This document shows, piece after piece, positions 10,012 through 17,843 of a DNA stretch of 47,231 nt (positions within the stretch are counted from its first letter, which is position 1; every line of letters begins with the position of its first letter). The notes beneath the pieces were generated by a model, which saw only the letters and a program-made list of their open reading frames with translations, searched no databases and was not told where the DNA came from. The DNA lies in NCBI GenBank assembly GCA_013815785.1, contig JACDFO010000002.1, forward strand, positions 1-47,231. The letters run 5' to 3'. This stretch comes from Candidatus Saccharimonadota bacterium. Lineage in GTDB: Bacteria > Patescibacteriota > Saccharimonadia > Saccharimonadales > JACDFO01. Position numbers and translations under genes: made by a program.

Positions 10012-10692
10012 ATGTTTAAAAAAATACTAGCATCGGCCGATATGAGCTATGAGGAGTTTCTTATACCGCTACTATTGCCAATTATAGTTATATTTATTGT
10101 CATCATAGTTACTGAGGCACTCTGGCGGGCAAAAATATTGCGTAACGAACCTGCCCGCAAGCTAGTGCATATTCTTGTGGGCACGTTTGTGGCCTCGTGG
10201 GCATTCTTTTTAGACGATAAAAGCATCGTATTGCTAGCGGTGGCAATGTTTGCGGTCGTTTTGATTTCGCGGACATTTGGCATCTTTCGTTCCATACATA
10301 GTGTTACTCGCAAAACCTGGGGCGAATTATTCTTTCCCCTTGGAATAGTCGCTTGTGCGTTATTAACTGATTCGCCGTGGATTTTTGCAGCTGCAATGTT
10401 ACATGTCAGTATTGCAGACGGCTTGGCTGCGGTCGTAGGTGTTAAATATCATAGGAAGTACGGATATAAAGTTTTTCATCAGCAAAAAACTAGCGTCGGC
10501 ACACTTACGTTTTTCAATGCTTCTTTATTCATCACGCTGGCAACCGTCTTGCTAGCACCAGAACTACAAGGAAATCTATTAATAATTGTATTAGTGCCGT
10601 TAGCGTCAACTCTAGCGGAGAACCTCACGCCTTACGGAGCGGATGATTTACTGGTACCACTGACAGTAACTGGTTTATTGCTTAGTTTGTAG
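10012..10692 (+). CDS. Phytol/dolichol-kinase-like membrane protein (CTP-dependent polyprenol kinase family)
   Basis: RKLVHI, GELFFP, ADGLAAVVG, KTSVG, DDLLVP. Confidence 0.85.
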   Translation: MFKKILASADMSYEEFLIPLLLPIIVIFIVIIVTEALWRAKILRNEPARKLVHILVGTFVASWAFFLDDKSIVLLAVAMFAVVLISRTFGIFRSIHSVTRKTWGELFFPLGIVACALLTDSPWIFAAAMLHVSIADGLAAVVGVKYHRKYGYKVFHQQKTSVGTLTFFNASLFITLATVLLAPELQGNLLIIVLVPLASTLAENLTPYGADDLLVPLTVTGLLLSL

Positions 10693-12201
10693 TTTTTTTG
10701 TAAAACCGGCGAGTCCAAGCGTTACGATCATCGTAACGGCTTGCAAGCCACTACTTTGCAAAGTCGTAAAGATACCGCTAGAAGCTGCCACGACAAGTAA
10801 GAGTGTTATGAAAAGGCCTAGTATACTGACCGTTTGTGCTCGTCTGAGGCTACGTCTGCTAATCAAGAAACTATCGGCCAGTTTATCGGTGGAGTAATCA
10901 GAAATTATCACATCAGCTGAACCGTTAACGGGTTGGTCATATGTTATTGATACATCCGCGGCGGTCAGACAAGCAGACTCTGCAACGGCATCACCCACAA
11001 AAACGACCGGCTTAGCGTGGGCACGCTCGATACTGCTGATTTTATCTGCTGCAGAGCAATCGCCCTTAAAGTCGCTTATACCGGTTTGTTTTGCTGTTAC
11101 TGATACTGACTTATTGGCAGCACCGCTAGCCAAGATAATCGAGCCTAAACCTAGCTTTTTTAGGCGGCTGATGAGTGTTTTAGCTCCCGGCAAGAGTGTC
11201 TCACTGAATGTAATGTGGCCGATTATTTCTTCGCCTAAGCCAACATATAATACTGTTTCGGGGGGCTCTGTAAGTTGAGGCAGCATTCTCACACCAGACT
11301 TCGCCAGAAAGCTTAATCGACCGATATATAAGCTTTGACCGCGGCGCAAGCGTCCTGCAATACCTTGGCCGGGTACCTCGCGGGCGTGCTTGGCCTTGTT
11401 AACTTTTATGCTTTCAGCTCTGATAACGATTGCCTGGGCCAGATGGTGTACGGAATCAGCGGCGAGCGCAGCCGCAACCTGAAGAACTTCTGACTGAGCA
11501 TGGCTTCCGTAAGCTTTAATTGTCTGTACTTCACTGTGTTCGGTGGTCAAAACGCCAGTCCGGCTTAGTACGACGGAGCCTGCGCCACCAAGACGCTCAA
11601 ATAAGCTTGCCGATTTGACATAAATACCATGACTAAGAGCCTGGTTGAGTCCTGCCAACAACGCTACTGATGGAGCAAGCAGTAGAGGAGTTGTAGATGC
11701 GATTGCGGTAATTTCTAAAAACCTGCCTATGTCACCAGTAACAACCCAGACTGCGCCGCCTAACAGTATTACTAAGATTGTAAATGGCACGCTATAACGG
11801 TCCAGTAGTCGTACAATCGGAGCATGTTTTAGGCTGCTAGGATTTGCTGACTTGTGCGAAAGTTCTGTTTCAGAGTCATGTTTACGCTCCAAAAACCTAA
11901 CCAGTGGCTTTTCGCCGCAAATAATCAGCGCCAGGACAAAAGCCGTCCAATAATGCTTCAGTATAAGCGCGAACAATAAACTCGTTAAAGGTAGTAGATT
12001 TATACCGTAATAGCCATTCTTTAGTGTTTGGTTCATTGTCCGGATGGCTGGTACAAGTACAGCAGCTGATACTGTAAACAGCAGCAGATGAGCTATGTTA
12101 TTCGAGTTTATTCCGGACAGTCCAAGTGCTAAGGTACCAGCAATAATTACTAAACTTAGCATCGGGTACATTTTAAGAAGATGGCGAATTTTACGCTTCA
12201 T
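10675..12201 (-). CDS. Degenerate heavy-metal (P1B) P-type ATPase homolog
   Basis: P1B layout retained but DKTGT is SRTGV, HP is HH, TGD is SGA, GDGxND is GDAVAE; no TGE actuator. Start placed at MKRKIRH (GGAG upstream). Confidence 0.8.
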   Translation of the reverse strand: MKRKIRHLLKMYPMLSLVIIAGTLALGLSGINSNNIAHLLLFTVSAAVLVPAIRTMNQTLKNGYYGINLLPLTSLLFALILKHYWTAFVLALIICGEKPLVRFLERKHDSETELSHKSANPSSLKHAPIVRLLDRYSVPFTILVILLGGAVWVVTGDIGRFLEITAIASTTPLLLAPSVALLAGLNQALSHGIYVKSASLFERLGGAGSVVLSRTGVLTTEHSEVQTIKAYGSHAQSEVLQVAAALAADSVHHLAQAIVIRAESIKVNKAKHAREVPGQGIAGRLRRGQSLYIGRLSFLAKSGVRMLPQLTEPPETVLYVGLGEEIIGHITFSETLLPGAKTLISRLKKLGLGSIILASGAANKSVSVTAKQTGISDFKGDCSAADKISSIERAHAKPVVFVGDAVAESACLTAADVSITYDQPVNGSADVIISDYSTDKLADSFLISRRSLRRAQTVSILGLFITLLLVVAASSGIFTTLQSSGLQAVTMIVTLGLAGFTKKLQTKQ

Positions 12202-12267
12202 GGAAACTCCTGTTATTCTTAGTGTAGGGTTAGAGGTAGTATATATAAGAAAGCAGGGAGACGCCAA

Positions 12268-12822
12268 GTGGCTAATACAGGAAATGTCGGTAAAGTTAGG
12301 CAGCACTTAGAAGACTACTTGAGTGAGTTCGTGTATGGGGGCATCGATGGTGCAGTAACGACCTTTGCGGTAGTTGCTGGGGCTACAGGTGCCCGTTTTG
12401 ATAACAAAATTCTATTGGTACTCGGTTTTGCAAATCTTATTGCAGACGGCTTTTCTATGGGTGTGGGTTCGTACTTATCATCAAAAGCTAATCAACAACT
12501 AATGGTAAAACGTAAGGAATCAATTGCGGATGAGCCTTCCCCGATCATCAATGGGCTGTCTACTTACGCCGCTTTTATCCTGATTGGGCTTGTTCCGTTG
12601 CTTGCTTATACATTTGATTTACTCTTCGATTTAGGCCTTTCCAATCTGTTTGTAATTGCAAGCATACTTACGGCATTTGCTTTTGCAGGAATTGGTTATC
12701 TCAAGAGCAGGATAGCAAAGACACCAGTCGTGCGTTCTGTGCTGGAAACAATGGTACTTGGGGCCATTGCTGCTAGTCTTGCCTATGTTTTAGGTGATTT
12801 ACTCGAAAAGGTTATCGCCTAG
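12268..12822 (+). CDS. VIT1/CCC1 family Fe/Mn transporter
   Basis: VYGGIDGAVTTFAVVAG, GFANLIADGFSMGVGSYLS, GLVPLLAY. Confidence 0.93.
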   Translation: MANTGNVGKVRQHLEDYLSEFVYGGIDGAVTTFAVVAGATGARFDNKILLVLGFANLIADGFSMGVGSYLSSKANQQLMVKRKESIADEPSPIINGLSTYAAFILIGLVPLLAYTFDLLFDLGLSNLFVIASILTAFAFAGIGYLKSRIAKTPVVRSVLETMVLGAIAASLAYVLGDLLEKVIA

Positions 12823-12827
12823 AGTTT

Positions 12828-13025
12828 TTATTTGGTGGGTTCTTTGGGTACGAAAATTGAAACTATTAAATAGCCAAAAATCAACAACCCGGCCGTAGCA
12901 AACTCTAGAATTATCAAAACTACCCGTACTATCGTAGGGTCTACATTAAAATACTTGGCCAATCCACTTGCTAAACCGGTTAGTACTTTATTGTCTCGAC
13001 TGCGGTAAAGTTTTTTCTCTTGCAT
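12828..13025 (-). CDS. pspC: PspC domain protein
   Basis: KKLYRSRDNKVLTGLASGLAKYFNVDPTIVRV; start MQEKK, 6 nt after a TATAAT. Confidence 0.9.
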   Translation of the reverse strand: MQEKKLYRSRDNKVLTGLASGLAKYFNVDPTIVRVVLIILEFATAGLLIFGYLIVSIFVPKEPTK

Positions 13026-13150
13026 CCATTTATTATAAGCGCAAGAGTTCCGTACAACTAGCAAGATTGATAAATATTTACAAGTATGATATAATATAAA
13101 CATATAAGATGCTATACTCTATCTGTTAGCAAACCCCCACATGTTGACAA

Positions 13151-13225
13151 GCGGGATTCGTATATCGGTTAATATATAAGTTTTCCAAACTTAGGAGACC
13201 AGTTCGACTCTGGTATCCCGCACCA
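13151..13225 (+). tRNA. tRNA-Gly(UCC)
   Basis: GCGGGAT/ATCCCGC acceptor, TAAGT-TTTCCAA-ACTTA anticodon arm, ACCAG-TTCGACT-CTGGT T-arm, ACCA. Confidence 0.9.
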
Positions 13226-13350
13226 CGTCGTAGTTCGTTCCAGCCTTGCCAACAGCTTGCCAAACAAGTGGCCAACCAGTTGACAAGGTCTCGCACAACT
13301 ACTCCTCAACCCCACAAAACAGGTTTTGTGGGGACCCCATTTCAAACAAC

Positions 13351-13427
13351 GCCCTGGTAGCTCAGTTGGATAGAGCAGGAGACTTCTAAGCTCAAGGCCG
13401 CTGGTTCGAATCCAGCCCGGGGCACCA
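13351..13427 (+). tRNA. tRNA-Arg(UCU)
   Basis: GCCCTGG/CCGGGGC acceptor, canonical D- and T-arms, loop CTTCTAA, ACCA; anticodon stem has only 3 Watson-Crick pairs. Confidence 0.88.
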
Positions 13428-13444
13428 GATATATAGAGAGGAAT

Positions 13445-13657
13445 ATGATGACATATGATTTAAATGATCCATTTGTTCGAGTGGTTGTAGTTGGCTTTAT
13501 AATTTCTTTGCCTTTTAAAGTTGTGGGGATTTGGCGGGCCGCCAAAAACAGTCAAAAGGGATGGTTCGCCGTATTATTACTTCTAAATACTGTTGGTATT
13601 TTGGATTTGATATATCTATTCTATTTTTCGAATATAGAGAAAAAGCAAACAGACTAG
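13445..13657 (+). CDS. Small membrane protein (DUF5652-like)
   Basis: KxxxIWRAAKNSQKGWF...LNTVGILDLIYL pattern; GAGG upstream. Confidence 0.8.
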   Translation: MMTYDLNDPFVRVVVVGFIISLPFKVVGIWRAAKNSQKGWFAVLLLLNTVGILDLIYLFYFSNIEKKQTD

Positions 13658-13685
13658 CTTTTACCACTGTATTCGGCTATAATCA

Positions 13686-13802
13686 CCCCTGTTCTAGAAC
13701 CAATTTCGAGAGAGGATTCTCGAAATTGAGAGGAGGAAGCGACTAGAAGGTGAAAGAAAACAAAAGCATTTGTTTTCGGAAGCTGACCGTCGATTCCGAC
13801 GT
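13686..13802 (+). ncRNA. Conserved structured leader 5' of tRNA-His (unknown family, copy 1)
   Basis: Starts just after TATAAT (13678-13683); shares CCCCTGTT, a long hairpin, GAGAGGARGAAGCGACTAGAAGGTGAA and CGGAAKCTGACCGTCGRTTCYGACG with the tRNA-Lys leader. Confidence 0.7.
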
Positions 13803-13880
13803 GGCGGGCTTAGCTCAGTTGGTTAGAGCGCCGGGTTGTGGTTCCGGAGGTCGTGGGTTCAATCCCCATAGCTCGCCCCA
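13803..13880 (+). tRNA. tRNA-His(GUG)
   Basis: G-1 plus GCGGGCT acceptor, loop TTGTGGT, C73 discriminator, CCA. Confidence 0.96.
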
Positions 13881-13999
13881 ATAGAAATAATGGTCACATT
13901 TGTGGCCTTTTTCATTATCTCAGCGAATCAGATTAAATAAAAAGACCGCATTAAGCAATCTTTTTATTTCCAAATGAACAAACCATTTGAGAAGCTGTT

Positions 14000-14170
14000 T
14001 TAGACGTTAGCTTTAGCAGCCATGACACGCGCAACACTGATAATAGTGATTACGATGCCGGCAACCAAAGCTGTAAGTACTACAGCTTCAAGTAGCTTGT
14101 TTGAGCCTGTGTTTGGAAGTGCTAGTGCTGCGACAGTAGTCGTAGAAGCGCCTAATACGGGTCCGTACAT
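14000..14170 (-). CDS. 56-aa LPXTG (LPNTG) sortase-substrate micro-protein
   Basis: Not in ORF track. GGGAGA SD; MYGPVLGASTTTVAALALPNTGSNKLLEAVVLTALVAGIVITIISVARVMAAKANV*: LPNTG, hydrophobic helix, R/K tail. Confidence 0.85.
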   Translation of the reverse strand: MYGPVLGASTTTVAALALPNTGSNKLLEAVVLTALVAGIVITIISVARVMAAKANV

Positions 14171-14281
14171 GGTATCTCCCTGTTTTATTAATTAACTGTT
14201 GGATTATATTACAAAATAGTAAAATAAGCAACAAAGTTATATTAGCCTTGTAAATAAAACCATAAATGCTATAATATACTT

Positions 14282-15499
14282 ATGTTTGAAAGTTTTGGTG
14301 CCGCTTTTATTGGCTATATTCCTTGGTCAATGGCGTTTATCTCAGTCATTACCATCCTATTGGTTGGGGTGGTGGCCTTTTTTACTTCTAAAAAACCAAA
14401 AAACTTAGATTCTAATGATTATCTGGTTGGGCCATATAAGCCTGCCCGACGAATCGCCATATTAATTGCTTCTAAAGATGGAGAAAAAACCATTGCCCAG
14501 ACTGTTCGTGCAGCAGCCAAAAATGGTCGAAAAGTATTTGTCGTTTCTGATGGCAGTACTGATAAAACGGCTAGTGAAGCAAAAAAAGCCGGAGCTACTG
14601 TACTGGCTCTGCGCAAAAATATTGGGAAACCAAGTGCACTGCATCGTGCTTATAAGCATTTTAAGCTTGGAAAAAGATTCGATGCTGTCGCAATTTTGGA
14701 CGATGATGTACTAATAAGTCGTGATTTTGTAATTTTAGCTAAGCACTTGATGGGTAATGATGTAGCAATAACAGTCGGCAAAAATATAACTCATTGGCCT
14801 GATGAAAAAAGATGGAATATATGGCTGGCCGCCCGTACATATAGTTATTGGTGCTATCAGCTCACTCTTCGTCGCTTGCAGAGCGCTGCTAATGTTATGA
14901 ACTGTATTTCGGGCTCAAATTCTCTATATCGTACAGAAGTATTGGACCAAGTGTTGTCTGGACACACCCCATACATTGTCGATGATACTTATTGGACACT
15001 CGAAACACATCGCCTAGGCCTTGGGAAAATAGTATATGCACCAAGAGCACACGCTTGGATCCAGGACCCAACTAATTTCCGTGATTGGTACAAACAGAAT
15101 TTACGCTGGATGTGGGGAACTTACCAGGGAATTATTGGTCACCAAATTGGAAGCCAATTTAATCGTTTCCATATGTCCTATGTATTTCTAATGGCTGAGT
15201 GGATACTGTATATAATCAGCGGACCGATTTGTATTTGGTTAATACTACAAGGTGGTCCTGAGCATATACCCCGCCAGCTACTCATTTTAGCGAGTGGTTA
15301 TGCACTGTGGGTAGTCGGCGCTGCCTTGTCGTTGAAGCTGCCCAGGCTTTTGTTTTTTATCCCAGCAATTGCCATAGCGGATTTTATATTTCGTTTTCTA
15401 ATGGTACACGCTTTTTTCAAAGCACTGCGACAAAAAACAGTCCTGGCTTGTGTTTGGGATTCGCCCAAGCGCTTTGATACTCGTAGCGTCACCGCTTAG
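14282..15499 (+). CDS. Processive family-2 glycosyltransferase (IcaA/PgaC/hyaluronan-synthase-like)
   Basis: SDGSTD, GK, LDDD (DxD), VDD at the TED position, QNLRW (QxxRW), multiple TMs. Confidence 0.9.
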   Translation: MFESFGAAFIGYIPWSMAFISVITILLVGVVAFFTSKKPKNLDSNDYLVGPYKPARRIAILIASKDGEKTIAQTVRAAAKNGRKVFVVSDGSTDKTASEAKKAGATVLALRKNIGKPSALHRAYKHFKLGKRFDAVAILDDDVLISRDFVILAKHLMGNDVAITVGKNITHWPDEKRWNIWLAARTYSYWCYQLTLRRLQSAANVMNCISGSNSLYRTEVLDQVLSGHTPYIVDDTYWTLETHRLGLGKIVYAPRAHAWIQDPTNFRDWYKQNLRWMWGTYQGIIGHQIGSQFNRFHMSYVFLMAEWILYIISGPICIWLILQGGPEHIPRQLLILASGYALWVVGAALSLKLPRLLFFIPAIAIADFIFRFLMVHAFFKALRQKTVLACVWDSPKRFDTRSVTA

Positions 15500-16176
15500 T
15501 AATCCGTAATTGGCATAGGGATTGTGTCGAGCGAAGCTCGCACAACTAGGCGGTTTTGGTTTGTGCCAACAGGTGTACAGGTAACAAGCGAAAGGACTGA
15601 TTCAGTCGTCGGAGCAAGCACCTTAGCGTCAGACGGGCTAACTATAATACTGTCTTTTACGGTATATGTATAAGCTATGCCTTGGTAGCTGACATGAATC
15701 TTATCGCCGGGCTTTAGCTTTTCAAGAAGAGTGAATACCCACTTGTAATCACCTGGACTCCATAGTTGCCCGCTGCTATGACCAACAATAATAGTGTGAC
15801 CTTTTTTTCCAGGTCGAGTTGAGTTGCCATATAGCAGCACACCACGTCGCAAGGCCAGTTGAACGTTTGCATCCTGAGAACTCGGTTCATCAAGTATGAT
15901 TGGTGCGTTCACGTTTATAACAGGAATGTTAATGATTGCAGGTGCAGATGGGTCAAACTTTGATACAGTCCCAATATCACTGGCTGTTGCTTGGACCGAA
16001 GGAGTACTCCGATAACGCAGTTGAGCAACTAGCCATTGGCCGTTCAGTACAGCAAATACGATAGCGCTAAGAAGAAGAGTAGCATAGGCCACCTTGGGTT
16101 TACTATAAATCCACGATGTTTTACCTAGTTTCTTAGAAGATTTAGCAGAGTTATTCATAATCCATTGATAATACAA
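15496..16176 (-). CDS. Sortase (class D/E-like)
   Basis: N-terminal TM, LRRGV, GHSS, LVTCTP, NRLVV; true start may be MNNSAK (16158). Confidence 0.92.
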   Translation of the reverse strand: MYYQWIMNNSAKSSKKLGKTSWIYSKPKVAYATLLLSAIVFAVLNGQWLVAQLRYRSTPSVQATASDIGTVSKFDPSAPAIINIPVINVNAPIILDEPSSQDANVQLALRRGVLLYGNSTRPGKKGHTIIVGHSSGQLWSPGDYKWVFTLLEKLKPGDKIHVSYQGIAYTYTVKDSIIVSPSDAKVLAPTTESVLSLVTCTPVGTNQNRLVVRASLDTIPMPITDY

Positions 16177-16246
16177 TAAATTATGAATAAAAGCAAGTAA
16201 TCATTATGATAATGTTTAAAATAAAATATGTTTTGTCGTGTGCAAA

Positions 16247-17767
16247 CTATAACTCGTTTACGACTTCGATTTGAGCGCCGAGGCTATTTAGGCGTTCTGC
16301 GAAATCTTCATAGCCACGATTGATTGAGTAGACGTTGCGGAGCATAGACGTTCCATTAGCCGCCAGCATACCTATCAGTAATAACATAGCTGGGCGAAGT
16401 GCAGGCGGGCAGACTACGTCGGCCGCACTGAATTTGGTAGGACCGTCTACGTATGCACGGTGGGGGTCAGCTAAAGTTACGTTAACATTCAGCTTACGCA
16501 TTTCGGTATAGTACAAAGCTCGCTCTTCGTACACCCAGTCGTGTATGAGCGTGCGGCCCCGCGCAACGGCTGCGATAGGCACAAACATCGGCAAATTATC
16601 GATATTAAGGCCAGGGAAAGGGCGGGCATATATCTTTTCTTCTAAAGCGATTAGTTTGCCGTTATGTTTCTGAACCGTGATATCAACTAGTTCTGTTTGG
16701 CCATTATCTGCTAGATAACGTTCTGAAATATCGAATTTTAAACCCATTTTTTTTAATTTTAGTAACTCAAGCTCTAAAAATTCTATAGGTGCTCGCTGCA
16801 CGGTGATTTTTGAATTTGTAGTAATGGCTGCAGTAATAAATGTCATCGACTCGATTGGATCTTCGCTTGGCGCATAGGTTATGTTCTTTTTGATGTCAGC
16901 AACTCCGCGAACACGGAGTGTACTGGTTCCGATACCTTCAATCCGCACACCTAGTTTTTTTAAAAAGAAGCACAGGTCTTGAACCATGTAATTGGCGCTG
17001 GCCATTTTAATCACCGTTTCATTTTCGAATTTGGCCGCGGCCATCAAAACATTCTCCGTAGTAGTGTCGCCTGATTCATATAAAACAATAGTAGGAGCTG
17101 GCTTCTTTTTGACTTCAACATAATAATGGCCGGTTTTGGCGGTAATGTTAACTCCTAATTCTTCCAGTGCGTATAAATGGGGCTGAACAGTCCGCGTACC
17201 AAGCTTGCAGCCTCCAGCGTAAGGTATTTTAAACTCTTTAAACAAGTGCATGACCGGACCGAGCATCATTAAGACAGAGCGAGTTTTGCGAGCTGCATTC
17301 TTATCCATTTTATCTAGGTTCAGCTTAGCCGGGGGCTTGATTTCTAAGTCGTTACCAGTAGTCCATTTAACATGGACACCCATACTAACTAATACCTCGA
17401 TAATACGATTAACTTCTTCTATTCTAGGCATACGTTTGAGCCTAGTCGTGCCTTTGTTAAGCAGTGAAGCGAATAATAAGCATACGGCTGCATTCTTAGA
17501 AACCTTAGTCGCGACGGTGCCTTTTAATTCGTGGCCGCCTTCAATCCTGAGATTAACAGCACCGCCACTAATTGATATAAGTGGTTTCTTAAGAACATCA
17601 CTGATTCGTGCCAAAGTTTCTAAACTGAGGTTTTGTTTTCCATGCTCAATGCGGTTTACGGCTGACTGAGATGTACTAAGACGTCGGGCAAATGCTGCCT
17701 GAGTCATGCCTCGCTCTTGTCGTAGTTGGTAAATTAATTGACCAATTTTCTCATTAGTTGTAAGCAT
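16247..17767 (-). CDS. murA: UDP-N-acetylglucosamine 1-carboxyvinyltransferase fused to an N-terminal XRE HTH
   Basis: LRQERGMTQAAFARRLSTSQSAVNRIEHGKQNLSL HTH; SKNAA, AGGCKLGTR (catalytic Cys), INRGYE. Confidence 0.95.
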   Translation of the reverse strand: MLTTNEKIGQLIYQLRQERGMTQAAFARRLSTSQSAVNRIEHGKQNLSLETLARISDVLKKPLISISGGAVNLRIEGGHELKGTVATKVSKNAAVCLLFASLLNKGTTRLKRMPRIEEVNRIIEVLVSMGVHVKWTTGNDLEIKPPAKLNLDKMDKNAARKTRSVLMMLGPVMHLFKEFKIPYAGGCKLGTRTVQPHLYALEELGVNITAKTGHYYVEVKKKPAPTIVLYESGDTTTENVLMAAAKFENETVIKMASANYMVQDLCFFLKKLGVRIEGIGTSTLRVRGVADIKKNITYAPSEDPIESMTFITAAITTNSKITVQRAPIEFLELELLKLKKMGLKFDISERYLADNGQTELVDITVQKHNGKLIALEEKIYARPFPGLNIDNLPMFVPIAAVARGRTLIHDWVYEERALYYTEMRKLNVNVTLADPHRAYVDGPTKFSAADVVCPPALRPAMLLLIGMLAANGTSMLRNVYSINRGYEDFAERLNSLGAQIEVVNEL

Positions 17768-17776
17768 AACTAGATA

Positions 17777-17804
17777 ATTATATCAAATAAGATATAGCTT
17801 ACAA
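17777..17804 (-). promoter_or_regulatory. murA promoter overlapped by a palindromic operator
   Basis: Minus strand TTGTAA-N16-TATAAT with extended TG; palindrome TATATC-N6-GATATA at 17779-17796. Confidence 0.6.
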
Positions 17805-17843
17805 TTACTTTCTGGAATTACGTATCACCTGTAGAATAGAAAC

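Noticed and set aside
13342..13746. ORFs 13342-13545(-) and 13531-13746(+), and similarly 27026-27268(+)
   Set aside because: They overlap tRNA genes or a better-supported CDS.
13686..13802. tRNA leader as a T-box, SAM-I or lysine riboswitch
   Set aside because: No UGGNACC antiterminator or consistent specifier codon; lacks the SAM-I AUC/GCAAC core and the lysine AGUA/GAA loop E. Only short purine-rich similarities.
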